From positions 480,001 through 544,000 of the forward strand of contig OY970340.1 of NCBI GenBank assembly GCA_963717465.1: a stretch of 64,000 nucleotides of DNA. The letters are read 5' to 3'. The notes below the pieces were generated by a model. The model ran no database searches, was not told the origin of the DNA, and was given only the letters and a program-made list of their open reading frames with translations. The translations under genes and the position numbers were made by a program. Position 1 is the first letter of the stretch. Every line of letters begins with the position of its first letter. This document shows, piece by piece, positions 31,127-40,703 of the stretch. Origin of the DNA: Candidatus Bathyarchaeota archaeon (GTDB lineage: Archaea > Thermoproteota > Bathyarchaeia > Bathyarchaeales > Bathycorpusculaceae).

Positions 31127-31810
31127 TTGGCAACTGTAAAATCTAAGCCGACAGGATTTTCTCGAAGGGAACGCGAGAAACTCAAGCGGCACAACGAAAT
31201 TATCGACGCAGCTGAGAAGAGGTTTTTTGAAAGAGGGTTTGACGATGTTTCAATGGATGAGATCGCACGCGACTTGGAGCTTTCAAAACCTGCTCTTTAC
31301 AGGTATTTCCGCAATAAGGAGTCGTTGTACTTGGCGGTTGTACTTAGGGGTATGCTGCTTCTACTGGACACATTTGAGGCGGCAATAGTTAAAGAGAAGA
31401 TAGGCATAGAGAAAGTCAATGCTTACCTTGGCGCTTTATGCTTTAATTACATCCAAAAACACGCCGATTACTACAGAATCATCACTGTGGCTAGGGAACA
31501 GCGTTTTATGGATTTATATAAGCAGGGTAAGGTTGACGGAGCAAAAGAATTCGGCAACACAGCATTTGAACTTCTAACATTTTTATCAGATGCCATCAAG
31601 CTAGGAGTTAGAGATGGCACGGTTCGTGCAGATTTAGAACCGCTGCAAACAGCAATCTTCTTAGTCGTATCATCTGAAGCAATCACTAACCTCTCCTATG
31701 AATATCAACAGAACCTTCTAGCGAACAGGAACATAAGTAAAAACCAATTCTTGAAGCATTCAATTAATTTAATGTTGCAAGGAATAGCAAACAAGCCACC
31801 CAAACAATGA
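31127..31810 (+). CDS. TetR/AcrR family transcriptional regulator
   Basis: IIDAAEKRFFERGFDDVSMDEIARDLELSKPALYRYFRNKESL. Confidence 0.93.
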   Translation: MATVKSKPTGFSRREREKLKRHNEIIDAAEKRFFERGFDDVSMDEIARDLELSKPALYRYFRNKESLYLAVVLRGMLLLLDTFEAAIVKEKIGIEKVNAYLGALCFNYIQKHADYYRIITVAREQRFMDLYKQGKVDGAKEFGNTAFELLTFLSDAIKLGVRDGTVRADLEPLQTAIFLVVSSEAITNLSYEYQQNLLANRNISKNQFLKHSINLMLQGIANKPPKQ

Positions 31811-31895
31811 TAATTTTCGCAATGTTTTTGGGCATTCTCGAAATACACCTAAAACCCGTTTGTGTATTGCAGAAAACTAAGTTTCGAAAAGGCAA

Positions 31896-32870
31896 TCAAG
31901 CCAGCCTTAACGTCATGTTCAACCTTTGAGAGAGCTTCTCAAGGTCTTGTACTACGTAGAAGAATGCCATCCATGACCATTTGCCCCATCTGCGGATACC
32001 TTCGCTCTTTACTTCTTGTATAGCTTGCCTATTGTTAGCTGGCTTTTTGCCAAAGAAAAGTTTACCAAATACTTCAACAGACCAAGCATCTATGGGGAAC
32101 CCACCGTGTGGATTTATTATATCAGCGGAATAATCACCGATTCCCGGTAATTCCAGAAGCTTCAGCTTAGCTTCCTGTGGACTTAGCGTCTCCAATTCTT
32201 GTAATGTTGGGAAATTTTCTTTAACGAGTTTCTCTGAGAGCTTGATGATGCGTTTTGCTCTGTAGCCGACCTTGCACGTTTTTGCGAACGCTGAAGGATT
32301 GAGGCTTGCGAATCGTTGCGGTATTGGCCAGGCGTGAACTACTTTTCCATCGAACTCTGCAGCCTCTCCATAGTTTCTGATTACGCAATCCATCATTTCG
32401 TTACTTCGCTTAAGTGGAGCCATCTGAAGAAGTATCGCCAGAACTGCATCTGGAAACACGTTGTCTCCCATCAGAGTGCTATGCATGCCATCTAAATCAG
32501 AGATTACATACTTGAGAATCGAATCCTTCTGTGCAAGCGCGTAGAACTCCCGCAGATCATCATCCGCTCCAAGACAATGAATTAACGACTTCTCTATTTT
32601 ATCGAGCCGACCATTCTCAAGCTTGCTTTTAAGAAACATTCTAACAATTATCCGTGGATTCCTAGTTGTACCTTTCGAGTCAAGTTTCAATCCAATCAGT
32701 CTGCGATCAAGATAAAGAGAAGTCCAAAGCGTCTCTTCATCGTAAATCTCTAGAGGTGTGAATAGCGACCAGCCAGCAGGCTTTCTAACTGTTAGATGGA
32801 AGTTGTACGGTGGAATGGGTTTAATCTCGAAATCTGATGAGTAATTAAGCTTAACCACAGGCTTATCCAC
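31896..32870 (-). CDS. HhH-GPD DNA glycosylase (AlkA/Ogg-like)
   Basis: GYRAKRI, LLELPGIGDYSA (HhH) and FPIDAW (GPD). Confidence 0.85.
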   Translation of the reverse strand: MDKPVVKLNYSSDFEIKPIPPYNFHLTVRKPAGWSLFTPLEIYDEETLWTSLYLDRRLIGLKLDSKGTTRNPRIIVRMFLKSKLENGRLDKIEKSLIHCLGADDDLREFYALAQKDSILKYVISDLDGMHSTLMGDNVFPDAVLAILLQMAPLKRSNEMMDCVIRNYGEAAEFDGKVVHAWPIPQRFASLNPSAFAKTCKVGYRAKRIIKLSEKLVKENFPTLQELETLSPQEAKLKLLELPGIGDYSADIINPHGGFPIDAWSVEVFGKLFFGKKPANNRQAIQEVKSEGIRRWGKWSWMAFFYVVQDLEKLSQRLNMTLRLA

Positions 32871-33187
32871 TGAAAAATTTTTAAGGATCCGCTAAAAGGG
32901 CCTGATAATTTCTTAGTTTATGTCCATTGTCCATGTCAATTTATGATTTATAAACGATATTTAAAGTTAGCATCCAACATGGACCCTCGGTTTTGGGCTG
33001 TTCTGGTGCCCCTGTGGGATTTACGGCTTAAACTGTTTGCTTAAGGTTTTTCCCGCTGGGCAATATTACTGATTTATAAATTGCCGTAAGCTATTGAGGG
33101 ATAGTACTTTTCAAGAGGTATCTTGTCAAAATTCTTTTATAAATTTCTAATATTGTTTTTTAATTGGAGTGTAAAAATATAAGCCAA

Positions 33188-33570
33188 GTGGCTTACTACA
33201 AACCTTTCGCAGCATGTGTTCTCTCTTTGATTGGAGGCATTTCGGCTTTTGCGAATATCCATACTTCGCAAACTATTTCACAACAGTCTTCTTCATCGAA
33301 CATTGATAGAGGTGAAACTACATGATAAGAGTCGGAACCGTTTCATTGTCTGCTATCTACATAGCATTATATATTGCAGCATTCGTTGGCGCAGTGGGAC
33401 CTTGGCTGATGACACCAGTTGGCAGCTTAGCAGCATGGACACTTCTGCAGATTATTGGCACCATCTTGTTTTTCACGGTCGGTTTAATCGGTGCTATTTA
33501 CGCAGCGGATGCGTTGGTAAAAGCAGTTAGAGAAGCGGAACCTAAACCAACTAAACCGAATCCGCCATAA
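33188..33570 (+). CDS. Small membrane protein, probably frameshifted
   Basis: Hydrophobic segments in two frames (MAYYKPFAACVLSLIGG.. and ORF 33322-33570). Confidence 0.4.
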
Positions 33571-33597
33571 TACCGAAAAACAAATCAAAAAGTAAAA

Positions 33598-33612
33598 GTG
33601 GCGGGTCCGCTG
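33598..33612 (-). repeat. att-like copy of the tRNA-Arg 3' end
   Basis: gtggcgggtccgctg matches gtggcgggcccgctg (34306-34320) at 14/15. Confidence 0.7.
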
Positions 33613-33633
33613 CCTAGTTGACAGGAAAATGAG

Positions 33634-34008
33634 TTAGACGACAAATTCGACTCCTTTTAGTCCTTTAAATGACTTATCTCCGGTTAGAAACTTGATCTTA
33701 AATTTAACGGCGAGATAGTACCCAAGGGCATCAGCGTAAGACAGGTTATAGCCCTTTTTCTTTAGTCTCAACCGAAGCCTCATTGAGCCCTCGACATCTG
33801 TTAAACCAAAATCACTGGTATATTTAGCAAAAACCTTCAGTACTTGAGAGGCAGCTTCCAACCCATGAACTTCAAGAGTGCGATAATATATCTCCATTAA
33901 ATTTAGTTTTGTTAAGTAACCATCGTTTTCTTCGAAGAATGACCGATAGTTTTGATTATCGCTTAGATAAGCGATAACGGCGTAGCTATCATAGAAGTAT
34001 TTTGCCAT
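33634..34008 (-). CDS. vapC: VapC PIN-domain toxin
   Basis: YFYDSYAVI, NLMEIYY, LSYADALGY and FLTGD. Confidence 0.9.
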   Translation of the reverse strand: MAKYFYDSYAVIAYLSDNQNYRSFFEENDGYLTKLNLMEIYYRTLEVHGLEAASQVLKVFAKYTSDFGLTDVEGSMRLRLRLKKKGYNLSYADALGYYLAVKFKIKFLTGDKSFKGLKGVEFVV

Positions 34009-34017
34009 TCTCTCACA

Positions 34018-34224
34018 TCATTCCCAACCATGTTTCATTTCTTCTTTTTCATGTTGCAGATCCTTGAACGGGTATTTTCCGCGCAGTTGGCGCACGTCAA
34101 ATACTTTTCGCACTGTTACCTCGACTTCTTCTCCTTCCCTGAGACCCTCTTCCGCGACTAATTTTTTCGGAAGTACAACGCCCACTGAATTTCCCCAGCG
34201 CTTAACTTTTGCCTTAATTATCAT
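34018..34224 (-). CDS. vapB: AbrB/MazE-type antitoxin (VapB)
   Basis: MIIKAKVKRWGNSVGVVLPK..GLREGEEVEV; the true start is ATG 34224, because the longer ORF overlaps the tRNA. Confidence 0.88.
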   Translation of the reverse strand: MIIKAKVKRWGNSVGVVLPKKLVAEEGLREGEEVEVTVRKVFDVRQLRGKYPFKDLQHEKEEMKHGWE

Positions 34225-34306
34225 AGTTAGACATGTATAACTGCTGGAATTAAAACGTTGCGAAAGCAAAAAGCAACACGTACAAACACCGCAAACAGAA
34301 GTTTGG

Positions 34307-34385
34307 TGGCGGGCCCGCTGGGATTTGAACCCAGGACCTCCGGCTCCGCAGGCCGGTGTCATAATCCGTACTAGACGACAGGCCC
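34307..34385 (-). tRNA. tRNA-Arg(GCG), CCA encoded
   Basis: GGGCCTG..CCGGC-CTGCGGA-GCCGG..CTGGG-TTCAAAT-CCCAG-CGGGCCC-G-CCA cloverleaf. Confidence 0.97.
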
Positions 34386-34505
34386 AGTCAACAGGCTATG
34401 CCCAAAGAATTGGGGCAGAATAGTAAAAGATTGCTGAAACTTAAAATTAGTGGTAGGAAGCTACTTTTTACTGTATTTCTGTTCTCTTTCCGGCTAAGTC
34501 AAGAG

Positions 34506-36107
34506 CTAACTTTTGATTAGTGCTCTCTGTAGAGCGGCAATTACGTTTTGTTTGCCCATTGCTAAAACGTATGGTCCAAGCCGTGGTCCTTGTTGCGCGC
34601 CCATCAGTATTGTGTATAGTGTTTTGAAGAAGTCGCCGGGTTTTATGTTGTTGTTTTTTGCTGTGTTGAAGACGGCGTTTTGGATTTTGTCCGGGTCATT
34701 TTCAGCTTCGAGTAATGGGATGAGTTCTAGTATGGCTTTTCTCTCTTCAGGCTTGAGTTCAATGGTTGTTTCTTTGATTTCTTCGAAATCGTTTGACCAG
34801 TTTTGAGCGTATTTTACTCGTTTTTCCAGCTCGGCATCAATTGCTTGGGTTTTCTGCAAGTAGCCGTAGCTTCTTAGCTTCTCGGTTAGGAACTCGTATA
34901 CGCTGTCTTTTGGAGCCATTTTGACCAGAAAAGCCATCAGGTTATAAGGCACATGAACGCTAGGCTTAGCGGGTGGTTTCATGACCCAGCAGTACTCGTA
35001 TAAGCCTTTGAGTTTTACGAAGTCGCGTTCGCCGACTTTTTTCTTGCCAAAGTATACATCCTCAATGTAATCAAGCTCATTCATGTAAGCTGGAATATCT
35101 GAAACATCCAGTGTGCGTGTGCCAACAAACCGCTTGAGCATAAGCAGCAAGAGCGACTGCGGCGAGCCATAGTTGAACCAGACTTGCGGCGTGAAAACGT
35201 TGCCGGCTGATTTGGAAATTTTTTTGCCACCCTTATCTAGAAACATCTCATATTTCGCGTGTGATGGCGGTTCGAAACCTAACACTTCTGCGCAGATGCG
35301 GTCGTTAATTTTTACTGAGTCAGCGATGTCTTTGCCGTAGGCTTCAAAACGGATGTCTAAGGCTTTCCAGCGTGCTGCAAACTCGCCCTTCCACGTAAGT
35401 TTGCCTTCGCCCTTCTTAATATCAGCCTCACCCTCAAAGCCACAGCCTTGGATTAGTTTGCCCCTGATTTCCAAGCCTTCACATTTGTAATGAACTTTGT
35501 CAGTTTTAGGGTCAAACGAGTAAGCTCGTGTGGTGTAGATGCGGCCGCATTTCTCGCAGACCGCAAAGTACGGCAACACTTCCGTGTAAGTGTCTTGACC
35601 AACTTCCTCTTTAACGATTTGACCCACATTCTTAGCATTCAAGAGGAGCGTGCGAGTTTCATTGAGGAGTAAGCCTTTTTCATAAACTTCTTTTGCAGAG
35701 TAATACTTGTATTGAATCCCGCATTTATCAAGTGCTTCTAAAAGCAGCATACTCATGTGCTTGCCGTAGCTTTCGTGACAACCAAACGGGTCAGGGATGC
35801 TACTGACTGGGTATCCAAGGTACTTCTCCATATCCTTTGAAAGCCCAGCGGGAACTTTCCGCAAACCATCTTTATCATCACAGTAAGCAACCAGCTCCGA
35901 ATTGAAGCCTAACCCCTGCAATGCGAGAGTTACTGCGTATGAGCGGGAAGCATCTCCTAGACTGCCGATGTGAGGAAAACCTGAGGCGCCAAGACCCATC
36001 TCGGTCCTAATTTTACTCGTGTTTCGGCCAAGTTGTTGTTCTCGTTCGATTACTTTTTTAGCCATCATGTCGTACCATGTGCCGTGACCGATAGTCTCTT
36101 CACTCAT
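34506..36107 (-). CDS. lysS: Lysyl-tRNA synthetase, class I
   Basis: GASGFPHIGS, DGLRKVP, FEAYGKD, KISKSAGN and QGPRLG. Confidence 0.96.
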   Translation of the reverse strand: MSEETIGHGTWYDMMAKKVIEREQQLGRNTSKIRTEMGLGASGFPHIGSLGDASRSYAVTLALQGLGFNSELVAYCDDKDGLRKVPAGLSKDMEKYLGYPVSSIPDPFGCHESYGKHMSMLLLEALDKCGIQYKYYSAKEVYEKGLLLNETRTLLLNAKNVGQIVKEEVGQDTYTEVLPYFAVCEKCGRIYTTRAYSFDPKTDKVHYKCEGLEIRGKLIQGCGFEGEADIKKGEGKLTWKGEFAARWKALDIRFEAYGKDIADSVKINDRICAEVLGFEPPSHAKYEMFLDKGGKKISKSAGNVFTPQVWFNYGSPQSLLLLMLKRFVGTRTLDVSDIPAYMNELDYIEDVYFGKKKVGERDFVKLKGLYEYCWVMKPPAKPSVHVPYNLMAFLVKMAPKDSVYEFLTEKLRSYGYLQKTQAIDAELEKRVKYAQNWSNDFEEIKETTIELKPEERKAILELIPLLEAENDPDKIQNAVFNTAKNNNIKPGDFFKTLYTILMGAQQGPRLGPYVLAMGKQNVIAALQRALIKS

Positions 36108-36171
36108 AATTGTAACCTACCAAAACAAGTGACTGCGCAGGGGTATAAAAAAATGTTTAGAGCCTAAAAGC

Positions 36172-36522
36172 TCATTCAATTTTTTTGCCGTGGTGAAGCG
36201 CTGTGACTATCGCGAGTAGACCAAACAGTAGTACGAGTATTGCGATTGAGTATATCCAGTTGTAGGCGAATACGAACCATGCTCCGCCTATTCCGATTAA
36301 GCACAGACTTAACTGAACATAGCTGAAAGCGGGTCGAGAGTACTTTTCAGGGTTTGCCCGTTGCAGGTCTGCTAAAACAAGCAACCAAACACCGAATAAC
36401 AATAGACAAAAAGGCACTGTGCTGTACCATGAGATTATTGAGCTTGCGCCTAAGATGATTGCTGCGAAAATTATGATTAAGAAGACGCCGATGGTTAAGA
36501 TTTGACGATCAGTATTAGCCAT
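36172..36522 (-). CDS. Small 4-TM membrane protein
   Basis: Four hydrophobic segments; last gene of the SPFH operon. Confidence 0.7.
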   Translation of the reverse strand: MANTDRQILTIGVFLIIIFAAIILGASSIISWYSTVPFCLLLFGVWLLVLADLQRANPEKYSRPAFSYVQLSLCLIGIGGAWFVFAYNWIYSIAILVLLFGLLAIVTALHHGKKIE

Positions 36523-36534
36523 TTTTTGCCTGCC

Positions 36535-37515
36535 TTAACTTATTTGTTGACCGCAATCAGGACAAAACTTTGAGTTAGAAGGGATATGTTTGCCGCATTT
36601 TGGACAAGTAATAGTTGCCTCTGATGGCGGTGTAAGGCTTGTTCCACATTCAGGACAGAACTTGCTGGTAGCTGGAATCTTGGCGTTGCACTTTGGACAA
36701 ATAACTAGCGGTGCTGAGGGTGCTTGCTGAACATTGCCGTACTGTCCCATTATTTGCGGTATAAGCACTGCTCCTGTAGCTATAGCTGCGCCACCGCCTC
36801 CTGATTTTCCTAGCGATTCAGCCGCGCTCTTCATGGTTTCCATGCGTAAGACTTCTTCAGGAGCGGTCTTTCCTGTTTTAAGCCAGAATAATCTTTCACG
36901 ATACTCCGGCGTAGTATCCATGCCGCCGAACCGCAAGTCAGTTAATTCTATGCCTACACGCTTAAAGTAATCGGCCACGCTGTTTTTGACAATAATCGAG
37001 GTTTCGTCAAGCCGAGTAAAAACTGTGACCAAATCATAGTGTGAAAGTTCATTGATTATTTTTTCGTTAAGGAAACTCCGCAAGTAATTGTCTACTTCTT
37101 CAGTCGTGTAAATCTTTTGACCGCCAACTACCTCGTTAACGAACAAGGAGGCATTTTCAATCTTGAACCAGAATTGCCCAAAGACTTTTAGCGGTGCAAG
37201 CTCAGTGGTCTGTGCCTGGGTCCCCCATTTTCCATCAAAAATTCTTGTGCTAATGTAGAGCACCATAGCTGTGAATGGCTTGTTACTGCCAAATCCAGCA
37301 AGATGCGTCAGCAAACTTGTCATCAAAGGCAAATTCAAGGTCGTCAGAGTGTGTCTTCCAGGACCGAAAACATCGTAGGCTTTTCCATCCCTAAAGAAGA
37401 CTGCAAATTCGTACTCGTGCACTATTAATTGTGCACCCCAAGTGATGTCTTCGTTTGGGTATCTCCATATAATATCGCTTTGACCAGCATTTTGCCATTC
37501 GATTACTTGCGGCAT
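36535..37515 (-). CDS. SPFH/Band-7 (YdjI-like) domain protein with double zinc ribbon
   Basis: AQLIVHEYEFAVFFRDGK..GPGRHTLTTLNLP and KWGT; C-terminal CPKC..FCPECG..CPKCG..FCPDCG. Confidence 0.88.
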   Translation of the reverse strand: MPQVIEWQNAGQSDIIWRYPNEDITWGAQLIVHEYEFAVFFRDGKAYDVFGPGRHTLTTLNLPLMTSLLTHLAGFGSNKPFTAMVLYISTRIFDGKWGTQAQTTELAPLKVFGQFWFKIENASLFVNEVVGGQKIYTTEEVDNYLRSFLNEKIINELSHYDLVTVFTRLDETSIIVKNSVADYFKRVGIELTDLRFGGMDTTPEYRERLFWLKTGKTAPEEVLRMETMKSAAESLGKSGGGGAAIATGAVLIPQIMGQYGNVQQAPSAPLVICPKCNAKIPATSKFCPECGTSLTPPSEATITCPKCGKHIPSNSKFCPDCGQQIS

Positions 37516-37516
37516 A

Positions 37517-38053
37517 TCAATTCACTCCCAATATTACTTCGCTTCTTTTATCAAACGTATCCTCAAATGCATCAACTTTATCAGTTATAGCCTGAATTTG
37601 AGCCTTGAGGTTTGAGGTGTCTCCGCTTAGAAGTTTAGTTTTCAAGGCGTCCACATCAGCGCTTATACCGTTAACGCCATCGACAAGTTGATTGTCAAAA
37701 GTTATCATTTTATCCAGGTTTTCCTCTTTTACTTTCACCACGTCGAAAAGTCCAGAATACCCGTACGAGGCAAACTTTACTTTTCCTGTTATGCGATCCA
37801 TTTTCGCCGTTAACCTGTCCATGTCGGATAACACGTCCATGTAACGTTTATCCGTTATCTTCTGAAAAATATTCTTAACGTTGTCTTCTATCTGTGAAAG
37901 CTTCGACGTAAGATGATTTCTGATCAGTTTATCTGATTCTCTACGAAGTTCCTTTTCCTTATATCCTCTAAATCCCGGAATTGCAGCTTCCAAGCGTTCG
38001 GAAAGCCTCATTTGGCTTTTCGCTTGACTATACACATCATTATTCTCACTCAT
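37517..38053 (-). CDS. Conserved helical hypothetical protein
   Basis: IPGFRGYKEKELRRESDK and ASYGYSGLFD motifs; adjacent to the SPFH gene. Confidence 0.75.
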   Translation of the reverse strand: MSENNDVYSQAKSQMRLSERLEAAIPGFRGYKEKELRRESDKLIRNHLTSKLSQIEDNVKNIFQKITDKRYMDVLSDMDRLTAKMDRITGKVKFASYGYSGLFDVVKVKEENLDKMITFDNQLVDGVNGISADVDALKTKLLSGDTSNLKAQIQAITDKVDAFEDTFDKRSEVILGVN

Positions 38054-38171
38054 TTCACAATTCCCCTTGCTATTGACTCCGCTATAGAAAAAAAGCTTGC
38101 TTTTAAAGTTTATTAAACATAATTGAATCTTGAAAGGCGAATATCACTCAACGATTTCCCAAGCGAATGCC

Positions 38172-39557
38172 TCAATTAGTCTTCAGTTTTTCTCTTTTCA
38201 GTATTTCTCTGGCCACTATGACGCCTGAGGCTGAAGCTTGAACTAGGCCTCGTGTTACTCCTGCACCGTCGCCTATAGTGAACATGTTCTGGATCTTCGT
38301 TTCCAACGTGTTGGTTAACTGTAAGTGTGAAGAGTAGAATTTTACTTCTATGCCATACAGAAGGGTGTCTCGCGAATGGACCCCTGGAGCTATCACATCT
38401 AAGGCTTGAAGCATTTCCCGTATGTCAGATAAGTAACGGTAGGGTAGAACGAAGCTTAAATCTCCAGGCGTCGCGTTCTTCAAAGTCGGTTCAACCACGC
38501 TTCGGCTAAGACGCTCAGGCGTTGAACGACGTCCACTGACTAAGTCGCCTAAACGCTGCACCATAACTCCGCCGCTGAGAAGATTCGAAAGTCGGGCAAC
38601 GTATTTCCCGTAAGCAATCGGCTCCTTGAAAGGTTCAGTAAACGAAGTGCTAACAAGTATTGCAAAGTTTGTATTTTCAGTTCTCCGCTCAGCGTAACTT
38701 CCACCGTTAACAGTTAAAACTCCATCGTAAGATTCAGTGGTGACTTCACCGTAAGGCGAAACACAAAACGTTCTAATCTGGTCATCAAAAAGCTTCGAGT
38801 AATAAACAAGCTTTGGTTCATAAAGGGCTTTAGTTAAATTCTCCATAACAGAGGCTAAAACTTCAACTCTTACGCCAATGTCAACTGGGTTGTTAACGGT
38901 TTTTAATCCGCGAACTTGAGCTTCAGTTTGAAGCCACTCTGCACCACTTCTGCCAGGAGCAATAATCACGTATTTACCGTGAATTTTTTCCCCGCTTGCG
39001 GTTTCAACACCCTTGATTAAGTGGTTTTCAGCGATTAGTCCTTTGATGTCTGTTTTCGGCTGAAAAGTTATTCTTCCGTTTAATTCTTTGCGCATCTGTC
39101 TGAGCGTTTCAAGGCATTTGTCTGTGCCCATGTGCCGAACTTCTTGCCGTATAAGTTTTAAGCCGGCAAGTGATGCTTGACGTTCAATTTCGTCAACTTT
39201 TTCAGCGTCTCCACCGTAAACAGTTTCGCTTGCACCAAATTTCAGGTAGACGTTATCAACGTGTTTTACAAGAGCTTGAAGTTCTTTACTTGAAACGTAC
39301 TGATTTAGCCAGCCACCTACTTCTGTTGATAGCGTCAATTTTCCATCACTGTAAGCGCCTGCACCTCCCCACCCTGAAAGAACAGAGCATGGCTCACAAT
39401 GAACACATTCGAAACCTCTGCTCGAGGGGCACTTGCGCTTGTCTATATCTAAGCCCCTATCAAGGATTAACACGTTCAAATTTGTTTTTTCTGTTAGCTC
39501 TAATGCTGAGAAGATACCAGCTGGTCCAGCGCCCACGATTATTACGTCGTACTTCAA
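38172..39557 (-). CDS. NAD(P)/FAD-dependent oxidoreductase
   Basis: IIVGAGPAG, GWGGAGAYSDGKL, HMGTD, EVKFYS and GDGAGVTRGL. Confidence 0.9.
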   Translation of the reverse strand: MKYDVIIVGAGPAGIFSALELTEKTNLNVLILDRGLDIDKRKCPSSRGFECVHCEPCSVLSGWGGAGAYSDGKLTLSTEVGGWLNQYVSSKELQALVKHVDNVYLKFGASETVYGGDAEKVDEIERQASLAGLKLIRQEVRHMGTDKCLETLRQMRKELNGRITFQPKTDIKGLIAENHLIKGVETASGEKIHGKYVIIAPGRSGAEWLQTEAQVRGLKTVNNPVDIGVRVEVLASVMENLTKALYEPKLVYYSKLFDDQIRTFCVSPYGEVTTESYDGVLTVNGGSYAERRTENTNFAILVSTSFTEPFKEPIAYGKYVARLSNLLSGGVMVQRLGDLVSGRRSTPERLSRSVVEPTLKNATPGDLSFVLPYRYLSDIREMLQALDVIAPGVHSRDTLLYGIEVKFYSSHLQLTNTLETKIQNMFTIGDGAGVTRGLVQASASGVIVAREILKREKLKTN

Positions 39558-39717
39558 GACCTCTAATCCCCTTGGAACCCAGAGTTACATGCAACTAGTG
39601 CCATATATTTGTTAAGTCAAGTTTTAGCTTGCAAAACTAGATAATCAACTAACCGAAAAAATTATCTTTCCATGATATGTCTAAAAACATTTAAAGCCAC
39701 GCAAAAAACCAAGTAAA

Positions 39718-39985
39718 ATGAAACGAATGACAAACCTACACAAAAACGAGGACGCAGAAGAATCCATTTCGGACTTTTCACGCTTTTACACACTCACGAT
39801 ACTTTATGAAGGCCCCACACGGTACAGCATAATCAACAGGTTCAAAAAAAGAGTAAAAAAAAAGAAGCCCAAGCTTAGTCTACCCGTTCCTGCAGCAGCT
39901 TGAAGAGAAGGATTAGTTAAACACAAAGATGAACTTGTGGGCAAGAAAAAAATAAAAGAGTTTTAATTAACCAGAGAAGACCTGA
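39718..39985 (+). pseudogene. PadR-family regulator remnant
   Basis: FSRFYTLTILYEGP..GYSII, then PSLVYPFLQQLEE in a shifted frame; breaks off against the convergent gene at 39987. Confidence 0.6.
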
Positions 39986-39986
39986 G

Positions 39987-40703
39987 TTACCCATATCGTT
40001 TTTGGACAAGATAATAATAAACTAGAGCGCAAAGAAACGTTAAGAATCCAACGCCTAAAACTAGAGTCGCATAAGGGGTTGTTTGAATTAGCATTGTTCC
40101 AAGCGGCTGTGCAAAAATTACTGCTAAGGCAGCTGCGACTGATAAACCAGCTGAAATTATTAGAATGATTAGCAGATAAGAGAAACTGCCAGTAATCGTC
40201 CTTGTGACTTCAAGCGAGTCTCCGCCTCTTGATAACAATTCTTTTCGTGTGTTTTTTGTGTTTGATATAAATTTCAGAGTGATTGTGCAACTGAATATTG
40301 CAACTCCAATAATTGCTATTTGAATAAAAGATAAGTCCTGTGGTAAAGTTGGCATTCGGATTGGCAATCCAAGCAGCGAAGGAAGTTGCCAAAACCAACT
40401 TGAAGTGGAAAATGGTAGAATTGCGGGAATTAACGGGAGAAAAACGAGAAATTCAAGCCATTTGATTTTTTGGGGTTTGATGAAATAAATTAAAAAGGCT
40501 ATTAGCTCAAACAATAAAAACCATAACGGAATAATCAGCTGGCTTAAACTCGCAAGGTAGGGCACAATCATCAAAGAATTATAAATATAAATAATTATGG
40601 TTTGACCAATGCTTGTTTGAAAAAAACTCCAGAAGGAGACAGCAACCATCAAAATAATCGTCATTGCTGCTGCCAAATTTAAAGAGGTAAAGTCAAGTTT
40701 CAT
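39987..40703 (-). CDS. Membrane protein of the MoxR cluster
   Basis: About 6 TM segments; overlaps the DUF58 gene stop. Confidence 0.7.
   Translation of the reverse strand: MKLDFTSLNLAAAMTIILMVAVSFWSFFQTSIGQTIIIYIYNSLMIVPYLASLSQLIIPLWFLLFELIAFLIYFIKPQKIKWLEFLVFLPLIPAILPFSTSSWFWQLPSLLGLPIRMPTLPQDLSFIQIAIIGVAIFSCTITLKFISNTKNTRKELLSRGGDSLEVTRTITGSFSYLLIILIISAGLSVAAALAVIFAQPLGTMLIQTTPYATLVLGVGFLTFLCALVYYYLVQKRYG

Noticed and set aside
33004..33022. tggtgcccctgtgggattt as another tRNA 3'-end scar
   Set aside because: One base short in the acceptor strand and lacks the GAACC T-loop continuation; too weak to support.
34225..34362. N-terminal extension of the antitoxin ORF (34018-34362)
   Set aside because: It overlaps tRNA-Arg; the AbrB domain starts at ATG 34224.
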